A stretch of 64,000 nucleotides of DNA from Octopus sinensis. Taxonomy: Eukaryota. This document shows, piece after piece, positions 48,455-63,039 of this stretch. A program made the position numbers and the translations under genes. Under the pieces are notes generated by a model that saw only the letters and a list, made by a program, of their open reading frames with translations, searched no databases and had not been told where the DNA came from. How positions within the stretch are numbered: the stretch's first letter is position 1; every line of letters begins with the position of its first letter. The stretch covers positions 56,792,001 to 56,856,000 of the forward strand of contig NC_042999.1 of the NCBI RefSeq assembly GCF_006345805.1. The letters run 5' to 3'.

Positions 48455-48875
48455 ATCATCATCATAATCGTTTACCGTCCGTATTCCATGCTAGCATGGG
48501 TTGGACGGTTCGACTGGGGATCTGAGAAGCCAGAAGGCTGCACCAGGCTCCAGTCTTATCTGGCAGTGTTTCTACAGCTGGATGCCCTTCCTAACGCCAA
48601 CCACTCTGTGAGTGTAGTGGGTGCTTTTTACGTGCCACCTGCACAGGTGCCAGGCGAGGCTGGCATCGGCCACGGTCGGATTGGTGCATTTTACGTGCCA
48701 CCGGCACGGAAGCCAGTCGAGGCGGCACTGGCATCGGCCGCAATTCAGATGGTGCTTTTTACGTGCCACCGGCACGGAAGCCAGTCAAGGCGGCACTGGC
48801 ATTGGCCACAATTCGGATAGTGCTTTTTACGTACCACCAGTCCAAGGGTCCTGGCATCTGCCAGGTGCCAGTCAT
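48455..48875 (-). mobile_element. Family C repeat with internal tgcttttacgtgccaccggcac subrepeats
   Basis: Same consensus as 5904-6226. Confidence 0.8.
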
Positions 48876-49399
48876 AGGATTGGTTCAATTTCGATAAATC
48901 AAACCCTACCTTCTCTTAAAAGAAGAAGTAAACACTATTTTAAAAAATTTTCTATTTTTTAAAAATTATACCATTTAACTGCTAAGGTTTTCAGCATAAA
49001 GTCATATTTGACAGAAGTACCAATTTGAGAAAGACAAAAGTTACAGGCCACTCACAGGATTCAAACCACACATCAGTTTAAAATTTTGGCACAATGCCAG
49101 CAATTTCTGGAGATGGGTAGGTTCATTACATTCACTCTAGTGATCAACTGGTCCTTATTTTATTGACTCTGAAAGGATGAAAAGTAAAGTTAACTTTGGC
49201 AGAATTTGAACTCAGAACATAAAGATGACTGAAATGCTGCTAAACATATTACCCAGTGCAGTAGCATTTCTGCCAATTTGCCACCCTAAACCACATATCA
49301 TTTACCAGATGTCCACACAACCAATATACTACAAAAGGTCTGCCAGCCCATCCTCTCAATAATTACACTTGTTTATTTTGTATCACTGCTCATAGCATT

Positions 49400-50165
49400 T
49401 TGCTTTGAAATGTACCATTTAGCCTTCCACTGTTCCATGTAATCTGGTATCATACCAGCTAGCATACCACTGTACCATTTAGCCTGCCACAGTTATATTT
49501 AGTTTAGTTCTGTCCTATTTGGCCTTCATCTGTGCCATTTGATGTACCACTGTACTATCTAATTTTGTACCATACCATTTAGTACTGTGCCATCTGGTCT
49601 GCTACAGTACCATTTACTTTGCTACAGTACAATTTAGTCACTATTGCAACATATCACCTTCTACTGTATTATTTGATCTATCACAATACCTATTTCTTTA
49701 CTACCTACAAGAGGCTTAACACAGCGGGGACAAACAAACGGATTAAGTCAATTACATTGACCCCAGTGCATAACTGGTACTTAATTTATCGACCCCGAAA
49801 GGATGAAAGGCAAAGTCGACCTCGAATGATCTATCACAATACCATTTAGTTTGTTGTTGTAGCATTTAGTCAAGTACTGTGCCATTTAATCTGCTACTTT
49901 ACCATTTAGTATGGCACTGTACCATTTAGGTGGCCTCTATGCCATTTAGATTGATACTTTCTACCAGTGTACTGTATATCCTGTTAATATAGTATTTACT
50001 CTACCACTGTACCTTTTTTATCTGCTACTGCACGATTTAACCTGTTTCAGTATTGTTTAGTCTGCCACTATACTAGTAAATCTCTCGTATCATTTTATTT
50101 GCCACTGTACAATTTAATCTAGTACTGTACCATTTAGTCTAACAGTATACCATTTAGCCTACCAC
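49400..50165. repeat. Degenerate minisatellite (gtaccatttagt/ctgccact), interrupted by a SINE fragment with a 17-bp TSD
   Basis: Recurrent taccatttag units; tgatctatcacaatacc at 49674-49690 and 49827-49843. Confidence 0.7.
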
Positions 50166-50334
50166 TAACTTTAGTTTTACAAGAATAGGAAAAGCTGTAA
50201 TAAAGTGTTCAAACTTCTCTTAAGTGTGTAAGTGTGGTATAGAAAATCAAATGGTCACAGCCCCTTAATAAAATTGAGCAGTTGATTTATTGTTATAACA
50301 CAGGAAACACACTAAGTATTGGTTCCCTACTATA

Positions 50335-50480
50335 TACATACTCCATACACACGCATGTATCTGACTCATACACTGTTTGCTTTCCAGACATTTGTACATT
50401 ACTGCATATACTTTATATGCACTTTTTGACAAGTTGTGGTGCACCTGAGCACTGTATACAATAATTTCATATTATTATTA
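50335..50480 (+). mobile_element. CR1 3' UTR fragment
   Basis: Reverse complement of the 62430-62570 UTR; ends in tattattatta. Confidence 0.7.
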
Positions 50481-52614
50481 TATATATATGTATGTATGTA
50501 GATGAGGAGGAGCATAAATATGTTATGGGTCATTCATGTTTTTCCAAATAACATTGAAGTTGTTGGGTGTTCATTTAAAAAGTTACTGAAAGGGTTAATG
50601 ACTAAATTCAATTCATAAAAATTCAATTAATATACAGGTAACTCCTGCACCACAGATTCTCTGATTATGGAATTCTGCTCTTATAAAATTTGTAAATTAT
50701 TACCACTAGTTTCAGGATATGGTCTAAAATTCAAATCTCAGGGAAATTTAGATTTTTTAACAGTTTAAAAGGAAAATCAACAATGTTTACAGGTATAAAA
50801 AGTGCTATTTTGAGAAATTATATTCTCTGTGTAATACATTTATAAACCTTGCTCTCTTCTCATTTCTTGCCTATATTGTCTGTACACTTTTGTTGCTTAC
50901 AATCCTACTATTCAATTATTTAAATTTATTCATGCTTTCTCTGACTAGCATTTTCTTAAAGTTTTTCTGACTCTTAACATCTGTTTGCTTGCATAACCAC
51001 TCCATATCTTGTTTCTTGTTGTTTGCGACAATTTTACCAATACTTACCCACCACTCCTTTCTTCTTCACATTATTTGTGATGCATAAATTCAACTGGTCT
51101 GAGTCTTATTACTAACTTTTATTATTCAGTAATTCTCCCCACATTGTACAGCTCCCACTGTTCAACATCAATTCTTCAACCTTTTCAACTTCTAATTTAC
51201 ACTCTTGCTTCTGAAGTAATAAAACGATTATTTTTGTTTAAAAAGAATATCATCACTTTTCTCAGATTCTGCTGTTTTATTATTTGGTGAGTATTTGTTC
51301 TCTATAGTCACCACTGCTGGACTTAACTACTACTGTGTCCAATACAGTGCATTATCCTTATCTGAAATGACTGAAAATAGACTACCAAATAGAAATAAAA
51401 GCAGTAGGGGGGGGGGAGCAAAAGGAATTATAAAGGATGTAAGATGTTAAATCTGATGTCTTATGAAAGTTTGATTTTGGGCAAAATCAGTAAAGCTTGC
51501 AATTTCCACATTTTGACAATAATGACAAACTTTGACCAACTGCTGAATCAGCTACTCTGTGAAACGGCTGGATATTGCTTTTTTTTTCATAGATTTGAAA
51601 TGCTAATTAATATGGCATGGCTCCTGATTGTGTGAAGTGATGATCAGACATGTTGAAATTGACTGATAAACACATTGTGAAAACCAAAGTTTGTATGATG
51701 ATTTGCTGGAAGAAGTACAATTTCTGATACAAAATGTTTTCTAATAATGTCTAGTTTGAAAGGTTTAGCAGGTACCTTAAATTGTTCAACATTAAAATGA
51801 TCAGTGAAGTTGCCAGTGGTGATTTAAAGGCTGCTACAGGTGGGTCTATATCAGAACAAATGGAATTTTTGAAAGTGCATGACTGCCAAGACTTTTATAT
51901 GTATAAAAGTCCATAGGTGTGATCGTAGCTGTGTGGTAAGAAGCTTGCTTCTCAATCACATGGTTCCAGGTTAAGTCCCAGCATGGCACCTTGGGCAAAT
52001 GTTTTCTACTATAGTTTCAGGCAGACTGACCAAAGCCTTGTGAGTAGATTTGGTAGACAGAAACTGAAAGAAGCCCGTAGTATAGATATATATTCTTTTA
52101 TTCTTTTACTTGTTTCAGTCATTTGACTATGGCCATGCTGGATCACTGCCTTTAGTTGAGCAAATCGACCCCAGGAATTATTCTTTGTAAGCCTAGTACT
52201 TATTCTATCAGTTGTCAAGTGATGTTGGGGGGACAAGCACAGACACACAAAGATACACACACACATATATATACATACATATATAGGAGGGTATTGTAGT
52301 TCGCTTGAAGCATTGTGTATTGTTTGTAATGAAAAGTTTTGAATGATATAACAATGCACTATAATACAAGCAATGGGCTATTTACCTGCTGTAATTTAGT
52401 CATCCATAGTATGATATGATATTTCGGAAAGAAATGACTAAAACAAATAAAAGAATATATATATGCCACGGGCTTCTTTCAGTTTCCATCTACCAAATAG
52501 AATATCTGAAGAAGGAATATTATTCCGAAATATGATATCAGACTATGGATGACTAAATTACAACAAGTATATAGCCCACTGTTAGTATTATAGTGCATTG
52601 TTGTACCATTCAAA

Positions 52615-52653
<39 letters not shown>

Positions 52654-52812
52654 GACGGGCTTCTTTCAGTTTCCATCTACCAAATCCCCTCACAAGGCTT
52701 TGGTTGGCCCGAGGCTATAGTGGAAGACACTTACCCAAGGTGTCACAGTGGGACTGAACCCAGAACCATGTGGTTGGTAAACAAGCCACTTACCACATAC
52801 CAACTCCTTTGG

Positions 52813-52852
<40 letters not shown>

Positions 52853-53489
52853 ATAAGATATTTTCATCTATAAAAGTGATTTTATTGTTTTTTCCCCCCT
52901 GTTTTTAAAATATTCCAGCAGAATGCATCTCATTATTTTATATAAAATGGAAGATAATACAAAAATAGGTTTCACATATATTTATTTGTGTTTGTGTGTC
53001 TGTTTGTCTTTGTCCCCTGCCATTGGTTGACAACCGATGCTGGTGTACTTATATCCCTGTAACTTAGTAGTTCGGCAAAAGAGACTGGTAGAATAAGTAC
53101 TAGGCTTACAAAGAATAACTCCTGGGGTCGAGTTCTTTAACTGAAAACCCTTTAAGGCAGTGCTCTAGCATGGCCACAGTCAAATGACTGAAACAAGTAA
53201 AAGAATATATATATGTATTATATTATACAATAGGCTTCGTTGCAGTTTCCAACTCCTAAGTTCACTCACAAGATAATGGTCAACCTAAGGCTATAGTAGA
53301 AGATACATGCCCAAGATGCTGTACAATGGGACTGAACCTGAAACCAATTGGTGGTGCAGCGAGCTTCTTAACCACACGGCCATTCCTGTTATTTACATAT
53401 AGGATAAAATTTAATTAATTAAAATTTCAGAATTAAGTCCCTTGTGTTTTTTAACCAAAAATTTGTAATTTAGATAATGATTGTAATCA

Positions 53490-53935
53490 TCCTGGAATCT
53501 GTCCAGAGACGTGCAACCAAACGCATACCCTCCATCAGACATCTACCATATTCTGAGCGCCTTGTTTCCCTGGGCATGGATTCACTGAAGCTCCGGCGTC
53601 TGGCGACGGACTTGGTAAACACCCACAAGGTTATCAACCACCTCACCAACAACAACACTGAACACCTTTTTGATCTCCATGTGTCTAACACACGTGGACA
53701 TGCCTACAAAGTCAGAAAACAGCACAGCTCCCATGACTTTCGGAAACATTTTTTCACGCTCAGGGTTGCTGAAGCGTGGAATAAACTGCCTGCATCAGTT
53801 GTTGACTGCCATGACACTGCATCCTTTAAGGCCCTCATGCTTCCCGAAATCCGTCGAAACTACACCTGATTATATATACACTTTAGATGAGTTGTAGTGC
53901 ACCTGAGCACTGTACACAATTATTATTATTATTAT
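53490..53935 (+). mobile_element. CR1-clade LINE 3' end
   Basis: LESVQRRATK...NTRGHAYK...FFTLRVAEAWNKLP; 3' UTR ends in (ATT)n. Confidence 0.9.
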
Positions 53936-54633
53936 CATTAAAATTAAATGGTTTTCTAAATCAAGTATGCTAGCATCCACTTTACAGTTAAGATACCTTC
54001 AGAAGGTGACCTTGAAAAGTTATAATCCCACCCCATTCTCCAGTCATTCTTTTAAGACAATCTAACAGAATATTCTCTGAGAAGCTGTCCAACTATTTGG
54101 CATAAACATTGTCTATTCAACCCATTATTAACTTTTCAATATTTATATGAAATTTTTTGTTATCATTTGCATTATTTAATGTAAGTACAGACATCCTGTA
54201 CATTAGAGAAAAAACTGCATTCCAGAAAATCCTGATGCAATCTGGAATTCCATTCTGTGAAACCTATTTTTATATTGACCTCCATTAAAATAATGAGATG
54301 CATTCTGATGGAATTTTTTAAAAACAGGTGGGGGAAAAAAAAAAGAATATAATCACTTTTATAGATGAAAATAACTTTTAAACACACACACACATGCACA
54401 ACCAAAGGCCCAAGTGTGGTTGTGTGATTAAGAAGCTAGCTTTCCAACCACGAGGTCTTGGGTTCAATTCCACTGTGTGGCACCTTGGGTAGGTGTCTTC
54501 TACTATAGCCCCAGGCTGACCAAAGCTTTGAGTGTAGATTTGGTAGATAGAAACTGAAAGAAAACTGTCATTATATACATATATATATATATATATAAAA
54601 TGACAGTTTTCTTTCAATTTCTATCTACCAAGT

Positions 54634-54938
54634 GGAGGCACATGACCTAGTGGTTAGAGCAGCAGACTTGCGGTCGAGGGATTGTGGGTTCAAATCTCAG
54701 ACTGGGCGATGTGTGTGTTTATGAGTGAAACACCAAAGCTTCACACGGTTCCAGCAGAAGGTAATGGCGAACTTCTGCTGACTCTTTCGCCACAACTTTC
54801 TCTCACTCTTTCCTCCTGCATCTTGCAGCACGCCTGCGACAGACTGGTGTCCCATCCAGGTGGGGAACCTTTATGCCAAGGAAACCAGAAACTGGCCCTT
54901 ATGAGCCAGGCATGGCTCGAGAAGGAACAAACAAAGCA

Positions 54939-54940
<2 letters not shown>
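54634..54940 (+). mobile_element. SINE family B
   Basis: Near-identical to 15064-15348. Confidence 0.8.
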
Positions 54941-54975
<35 letters not shown>

Positions 54976-56830
54976 ATATATATCATCATCATCATCATTT
55001 AATGTCCATTTTCCATGCTAGCATGGGTTGGACAGTTCGACTGGGGTCTGGAAGCCATGGAGGCTGCACCAGGCTCTAGTCTGATTTGGCAGTGTTTCTA
55101 CAGCTGGATGCCCTTCCTAACACCAACCACTCCGGGAGTGTAGTGGGTGCTTTTCACGTGCCACTGGCACAGGGGCCAGAGGAGGCTGGCAAACGGCCAC
55201 GATCGGTTGGTGCTTTTATGTGTCACCGACACGGACGCCAGTCAGGCAGCACTGGCATCTACCATGTTCGGATGGTGCTTTTTACATGCCACCGGCACAG
55301 GTATCACAACTACAATTTCCATTTGATTTTTTGATGTTGATGTACTTGACTCAATATCAAAAAAAAAACAAACTAAAAAATGGAAATTGTAGTTGTGATA
55401 CCTGTGCCGGTGGTACATATTAATTTCCCACTTTGACACAAGGTCAAAGCATAGCCGGGAAGGAATATAGTATTTTACCATGGGGTCAAAAATTTCTAGG
55501 TGTAGGGTATTGTCTTTACAATTGTCCTCCGAAAGATAATGACAAAGTTCACCCTGGCATGATTTGAACTCAGATTATTGAGAGACGAAGCTAAATATTG
55601 TTTGTCATTTGTTCCAGCAGTCTATTATTTCAGCCATTCTATCCTTTCTTGTTTATGAAACATAGATCCTTATTGTTAGCACAGGGATACATTTTTTTGT
55701 TGGGAGAACATAATTATTTAAATATGCCTCAATACATTACATGACTGTTATAGATTTTATTGTCCCAAGGAAGATGAAAGGCCAAATTGACCTTGTCTGG
55801 ACTTGAATCTTGAACAGAAAAGATATCTACAATCGTTTATAGAAAAATGTTGCCAACGATGAGTTATTCAATAGAGTAAATTTATACAGAGATGAGCCAA
55901 TATGAACAATGGAAACAAAGCACACATATACTCTTTCTCTTCACCCATGTAAGCTATTTTATCAAATACTCTGTTGTTCCTATAATTTGTTAATTAAGTA
56001 TTGAAATTATCGTAAAACGAGTGTGTGGCCCAATATAACTCCTGATTTAACACCACTGGTTCTTGGGTGCATTTATTAGAGTTCTTTCTGTTGCAAGCAG
56101 CAGTGAACCTAATCCACATATTTAGTGTACCACCACCACTGCCAACTGCTGCTTCTAGACATGCTTCCAACTTATTATAATTGCATTAGCAAAACATAGA
56201 CTTCACTGTACTTACTGAAGATGTGATAAAAGAATTCATTAGTAAGTATATAAGATTATTGATAGAATTGGTAAAGGAGAAAAATAACTAAGAGCACATG
56301 ACTAAAACCTTTTCAGTTTTTAATCCTATACTTTAACAGCAAATTTTGTCTCAGTCAACTTTGTCTTTCATCTCTTCAAGTGCTTCATTGATTAAATATC
56401 AGTAACATAGTCATTTATTTCAACTAATCATACTCTACTTCTGAGGAAAAACTGTTCCTCTGCAAAGAATAGAGTAATTTCATCAAAATCTTTCTTTTAA
56501 ACTATTCCTTTTTTGTATTTGTTTGCTAAGATTTATAACATGATATTCAATACTGAAACAGATACTTTTGTACTTTCAAAGGGTCATACTGCAAATAAAA
56601 GCATTTACATTTCTTTATTGTCAGTGTTAATTAATCAATAATTAATAAATTATTGATTTAGTCCCTTTTGGTTTATCAAATAATGTTTTGTCATACATCT
56701 GTGACCTTCTTAATTGATGTGCATCCTGAAACTGATGGCTCTTTTTCTTGTCTATGTTGCTGCCAGGCATCATTTATACAAAAACATAAATTTATATCGA
56801 GATTAGCCTACATGAACAATGAAAACAAAG

Positions 56831-56937
56831 CTCTCTCTCTCTGTCTTTCTCTCTCTCTGTCTTCTCTCTCTCTGTCTTTCTCTCTCTGTGTCTTTCTCTC
56901 TCTCTCTCACACACACACACACCACACACACACACAA
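56831..56937. repeat. Compound (CT)n/(CA)n microsatellite
   Basis: Direct read. Confidence 0.9.
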
Positions 56938-57100
56938 CAATACAAACTACACTCACACACATACATGCAAGCACATACTAACACAATAAAGAGCACATAC
57001 TAGGCAACATATAAATTGCAAACATCAAATAGAAAAGTCAGTTGCAAAATCAAGATCATTTGAGAAGGTCACAGATGTGTGATGAAAAATTCTCTAACAA

Positions 57101-57540
57101 AGGCGTAGGAGTGGCTGTGTGGTAAGTATAGGTGTAGGAGTGGCTGCGAGGTAAGTAGCTTGCTTACGAACCACATGGTTCTGGGTTCAATCCCACTGTG
57201 TGGCACACTTGGGCAAGTGTCTTCTACTTTAGCCTCGGGCCGACCAAAACCTCTGAGTGGATTTGGTAGACAGAAACTGAAAGAAGCCTGTCGTATATAT
57301 GTATGTGTATGTATATATGTGTGTGTGTATAGGTTTGTGTGTCTGTGCTTGTCCCCCGCAACATCGCTTGACAACCGATGCTGGTGTTTACGTCCCTGTA
57401 ACTTAGTAGTTTGGCAAAAGAGACCAATAGAATAAGTACTAGGCTTACAAAGTATAAGTCCTGGGGTCGATTTGTTCTACTAAAGGCAGTGCTCCAGTAT
57501 GGCCACAGTCAAATAACTGAAACAAGTAAAAGAGAGTAAA
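57101..57540 (+). mobile_element. SINE family A with tandemly duplicated head
   Basis: aggcgtaggagtggctgtgtggtaagta followed by a near-identical repeat. Confidence 0.85.
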
Positions 57541-59389
57541 AGAAACTCCAAAAGAAAAATAAAGAATTAGTTCATAAATTATTTAACAGTAAAGATAAAA
57601 AAAGTAAACTACAACTAGTGTGTGTGTATGTGTGTGTTTATTCAAAGAATGACCCTCCCAAAGTACAATATGTTTCTATAACAGAAACCCATAAATGTTA
57701 GGATGTCTTCTGACTATATAAATATGATACAGTCATTTTTATCACACAGCTTAATGTAATGATAACTTTTGTCATCAAATGGTTGGTGGTGGGGTTTATG
57801 TGAGGTTTAAAAAAGAATGTCATCTTCTATGATGATGATTATGATTGATTAGAGATATTAAGATAATGTTAAAAAATATTAGTGTCATAGAGTTTGGGTG
57901 GTAGTGATGATGATGAAAATGATGGTGAAGATGATGATGATAATGTTGGTGATGTCATTGATGATGGACATGTCTTAACTATGCTACTCCAACAAAAAAA
58001 AAGAATTTTTTAATTTTTTTACTTTTTTTGATTATTGGATTGCAATCATGCTGAAACACTGCCTTGTAGTATTTAGTTGAACAAATTGACCCCAGTATAA
58101 ATCTGGTACTTATTCTGTTTCTTTTTGCTGAACTGCTAAGTCACAGGAACATAAACAAACCAACACTGGTTGTCAAGCAATGCTGGCATAACAAGCTCAA
58201 ACACACACAGACATATGCACACATATAATATGGGCTTCCACACAGTTTCTATTTATCAGATTCATTTTCAAGGCATTAATCAACCCGGGCCTATAGCCGG
58301 AGATGCTGGCACAACGTGCTATGTGGTGGAACTGAACCTGAAACTATGTGGTAGCAAAGTGAGTTTCTTAACCACAGACACACTGAATAAAAAAAAAAGG
58401 ATAAAGAAGTTTGGTCATATTTTCAATGCTTTTTGATCAGTCTGCTGGATCAGAGCTTGCCTTGGTAGACTCAATCCTTCAATTAACATTACCATCTGGC
58501 TGGTCTTTGAGTTTTAATAGAATCCATCAATTTAGTAGGCATTCAGTCTAGATTTCTAATCTGAGAAGATCATTAAAAGACAAAAGCATGGGGTGAATAC
58601 TTATCCGTGATTCCATTATGATACATAGATGAGAGATTGAGCTCCTCTTGGACAGAAAACAACTCTAGTGATTTAAAAAAATATTTTTTCTACTGCTGAG
58701 TCAGGGAGGGAAGGGCAGTGTTCATCATTATCATCACCACGATCATCAGTTGACGTCCAGTTTTCTATGCTTGCATGGTCAGACAGAATTCAATGATGCA
58801 GATTTTCTATGTCCAGATGCCTTTCCTGTTGCCAACCATTAACTTTCTAAGCAAGGTGATATTTCCCATAGCCAGACTTGTTTTTCATGCTTGTTTACAA
58901 TCATCACATATACAAAACACACACACAGTAAAAGTTACATGTCTAAGGTACCATACTGTGGGATGGAAACCAAGACCACATTGTTCAGAAGTAAGCACCT
59001 TAACTACACATCCATGCCTGCATCTTATGATTCTACTTCCTTCTTGAGCTTTCGAGAATGGTGGGATGGAAGGAATAATGAACTAGAAAACAGAATATTT
59101 ATCACATGCAGATTTCATAACTCTGCTAGTGTGTTCACATGTCTATGATACAGGATATTTCTTCTAAATCTTGGGCTATCTTTATTATGAAAACCAGTTT
59201 TCTGAAATCTGGCCCCACTGTTCCTTCTTATCTCTTTCTTAGTTTTATTCAGTAACAGATACTTAATTTTTACTGATAGCACATGGGATATTTTTACCCA
59301 GAAAGAATCACTCATTTTGTATCAAATTTCTATATCAGAGCAGTTGCCTCTCCTGACTATGTTATCTGATCTCTTTAATTGCTCAGGCA

Positions 59390-60270
59390 AATGCCTGAGT
59401 TATTTCTCCTGCATATATTAACTAGCATACACTCATCATCGACACAATGTGAGTGGCCTCTCCTGCATACATTAACTGACACTTAATCGTTTTGTAAGCA
59501 TGACTCTAGGAATAAGAAGTTTCTTTCACAATTACATGCTCAAGTGTTTGATCACTCTGCACACACTCATTAAGTGAGTGCCTTCTGTCACAGTCTTGGA
59601 CTAACCAATGCATTGTAACTGAAATTTGTATGGAAGTCTACTGGAGGGTCCTTTCCTCTTTTTGGAAGATGCTCAATATCTGTCACCAGTTTAACTCTAC
59701 CACTTGGGGCTTGGGTACATTTAGCAGAGTTCACTGTTAAAAGCAGGTTCTTAAAAGCCCTGTAAAAGGTCATGCAATGCACCCCCCCTCTTTGATTTAT
59801 TTGTTAAAAGAATACATTGACATCCACTCATTTCAAGCGAGGAAATCTTTATCCGATCCCCTTGAATATGTCAACATATGACTTTACACAATTTGATTGC
59901 TTCTTCTGCATACATTAGCAAAAAACCATTAACTTCTAGACATGAACTAACATACAGCCTTTTCTACTTAAGTTGACCCATGTCTCTGTCCAGCACATTA
60001 ACTAACATACACACACCTCTACATAATTCAATTATTTCACCAGCATGGATTAACCACAGCTTCCATACAATTTGATTCCATTTCTGCTGTATACATTAAC
60101 TTACAGCCACTCTCTTATATTAATTTGATCTGTCCTAGGTTCATACATTAAGTAAAGGCCACTCACCTCTATATGATTTGATCTGCTTCTCCTGCATGCA
60201 TTAACTAAAATATGTTCATATCTAGACATTTTCATATAACTCTCTTCTACACATTAATTAAGATGCATTC
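59390..60270. repeat. Degenerate ~55-bp tandem repeat (ctcctgcatacattaact...)
   Basis: About 8 recognisable units with an interruption at about 59500-59880. Confidence 0.6.
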
Positions 60271-60859
60271 CCCTTTACACTATTGGACTGTTTTTAATCA
60301 AACAAAAATCAACATAAAGGCAAGAAATAAAGATAAAAGTCATGTGCCATGACATATGAAACATTTCCAAGAGGGATTACTCCAATACGAAGCGCTGTCC
60401 ATGATATTTGCTGATGGTAGTGATATAGTAGTGACAATCGAGTGGAGATGGTACAGTAAAAGGTTGATAATGTCATGGTGATGATAGAGTGATGATGGTA
60501 TAGCAATGATAGTGTAGTGGGATGGTAGGATGGAAACTGGTGATGGTAGAATCACCAGAACAAAAGATGCACAGTTGTAACAACGATTACTTAATCAAAA
60601 ACCTGTCTCCTCATATTGGTAGTTTCTTCATGTAATGACCATTTGGTACCAGTAAGGCTATGTGTATTGAGCACCTTCATTCACATTGTTACTTCTTAAT
60701 TGGAAGAGATTCCTTTAGTCTTTTATATGTTCCAGCCAAATGGCTGTGGCTATGTTGGAGTACTGCCATTTTCATCACCTTTTCAATGTCCATTCTTATG
60801 TGATTGGCTTTTGTTGAATGAGGGAGTTCGATATTGCTGCCCTCATTTATATTTCTTAC

Positions 60860-61075
60860 CTTGATAGAGGCTCATCGGAGATCTTAGACACCAGAAAGTA
60901 AAGGTTCTTCTTGAAAACATCTACCCATACTCCCTGTAGTTCCCCCAGGCTTTTCAGCAAGATACTAAACAGATTTGGGCCCATATTTTATTTATATCAT
61001 AACTGTTGATCAATAATGTCACTTGTTATAGTTTTCCAATAGGACAACTTCAGATTTACTGCATTTTGGATGATG
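60860..61075 (-). mobile_element. Degenerate CR1/L2-like 3' coding fragment
   Basis: GPNLFSILLKSLGELQGVWVDVFKKNL...DEP resembles CR1-type C-termini. Confidence 0.45.
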
Positions 61076-61180
61076 TGAATGACAAGAGAGTATTTGTCAC
61101 AATACAGAATAAATATTACTAGTGACTTTGTTTAAAAGGCTCTTGGTTCTTTGGTTTTCTCATTAATATTTACATATTTA

Positions 61181-61355
61181 TACAGGAGTGGCTGTGTGGT
61201 AAATAGCTTGCTTACCAACTACATGGTTCTGGCTTCAGTCCAGCTGCGTGACACCTTGGGCAAGTGTCTTCTACTATAGCCTTGGGCCAACCAAAGCCTT
61301 GTGAGTGGATGTGGTAGACGGAAACTGAAAGAAGCTCATTGTATATATGTATGTA

Positions 61356-61408
<53 letters not shown>

Positions 61409-61630
61409 ATATGTTTGTGTGTCTGTGTTTGTCCCCCCAACATCGCTTGACAACCGATGCTGGTGTGTTTACAACCCCGTAACTTAGCGGTTCGGCAAAA
61501 GAGACCGATAGAATAAGTACTAGGCTTACAAAGAATAAGACCTGGGGTCGATTTGCTCGACTAAAGGCGGTGCTTCAGCGTGGCTACAGTCAAATGACTG
61601 AAACAAGTAAAAGAGTAAAAGAGAGTAGAG
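61181..61630 (+). mobile_element. SINE family A
   Basis: Same consensus. Confidence 0.85.
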
Positions 61631-62424
61631 AGTATCTTTTGATGTAAGAGCACACACACATTTTTATATAAAACAAGCTTCTGCTCAGTTTCCATCTAAC
61701 AAGTTCCAACCCCCAAAATATCAGCCAACCTAAAGCTGTTCTTAACTCCTGATGTATTTTATCTGTCACCTGATTTTACACAATCACTTGGCTCTTGGTT
61801 GTTCTTCATAGAATTGACTCTGTTGCAAGTATTCAGTTCAGTTGTCTGGTGTAAGCATAGCTTCATCCCTTCTGCCCTTTAATCTCTGAGAAAAAATCCT
61901 GTACACTACCCTTCCTCCATTGAATAAATCTTTTACAAAATGCTGGACCAATTGTCGTGTTAACAAAATTTGCTCAATCTGCTTTTAATTTTTAAACCAT
62001 TTGAACTTATAAAAACAAATGATCTACGAAAGAGCCTCAGATTGTGAAACTATTACTATAGCACGCTAACACCTGTCAATACATTAATCAAATCACCTGT
62101 TTTGACTATTAATAATCTGGTTAGTCGATATTGAGAAACAAGGTAGATAACAAATATTTCAAGTCGCTATTTTAACTTCCAGTGCTCTCCCTTGTGCATT
62201 TTTTTTTTTAAACTTCAGCAAGTATTTCCCAAACAATAATTATTGTTGGTTGTAGGATTTCAATGTACCGAACATTGGGACCCCGAATTTCTGAGTGGCA
62301 TAAGGGACAAGGTAGTATCAATTCAAACCAGATAAAATAAAATTTCACTAGGCTTTTTTTTTTTCTTATTTGAATGTTGCAGTTTATCGAACTGTTTTGC
62401 CAACGTGTTCACCTTCGCTGATAT

Positions 62425-62900
62425 AATTATAATATTAATGAAATTATTGTATACAGTGCTCAGGTGCACCACAACTTGTCAAATGTGCGTATAAAGCACA
62501 TACAGTTTTATGTACAAATGTCTGGGAAGTGAACAGTGTATGAGTCAGATACATGCTTGCGTGTGTATGGAGGGGAGAAAATCAGGTGTAGTGTTGGCGA
62601 ATCTCAGGAAGCAGGGAAATTTTTAAGGATGCAGAGCTCCGACAACTAACAACTGATGCTGGCAGTTTGTTCCATACTTCAACAACTCTTAGAGTGAAAA
62701 AAATGTTTCTGTGCTGCTTTCTGACTTTGTAAACCTGTCCACGTGTGTTAGACAGGTGGAGTTTGAAAAGGTGTTCAGAGTTATTGTTATTAAGATGCTT
62801 ATTGTTCAGAGTTATTGTTAGTAAGATGCTTAATAATTTTATGGGTGTCTGCCAGACGTCGGAGTTACATACATCTGCAAAGGAAAAATATATGCAGACA
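62425..62900 (-). mobile_element. CR1-clade LINE 3' end
   Basis: SNTRGQVYKVRKQH...FFTLRVVEVWNKLP plus 3' UTR. Confidence 0.85.
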
Positions 62901-63039
62901 CAACGTGCATCCACGGAGCTTCAATCTTTCAAATTTCTCTCACAAGTTATTGTCAAATCGATGCTACAATAGAAGACACTTACTTAAGATGCTGTTCAGG
63001 GGAACCAAAACCAAAACGATAAAGTTGCGATTGCAGGTA

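Noticed and set aside
50634-51380. Possible Tigger/pogo transposase remnant
   Set aside because: Only a vague resemblance; no clean terminal repeats or catalytic motif.
4387-61630. Many 60-140-aa ORFs with YIYIY, HTHT or 'MLEH/GTEPGTMW' content
   Set aside because: Translations of SINE consensus sequences and microsatellites.
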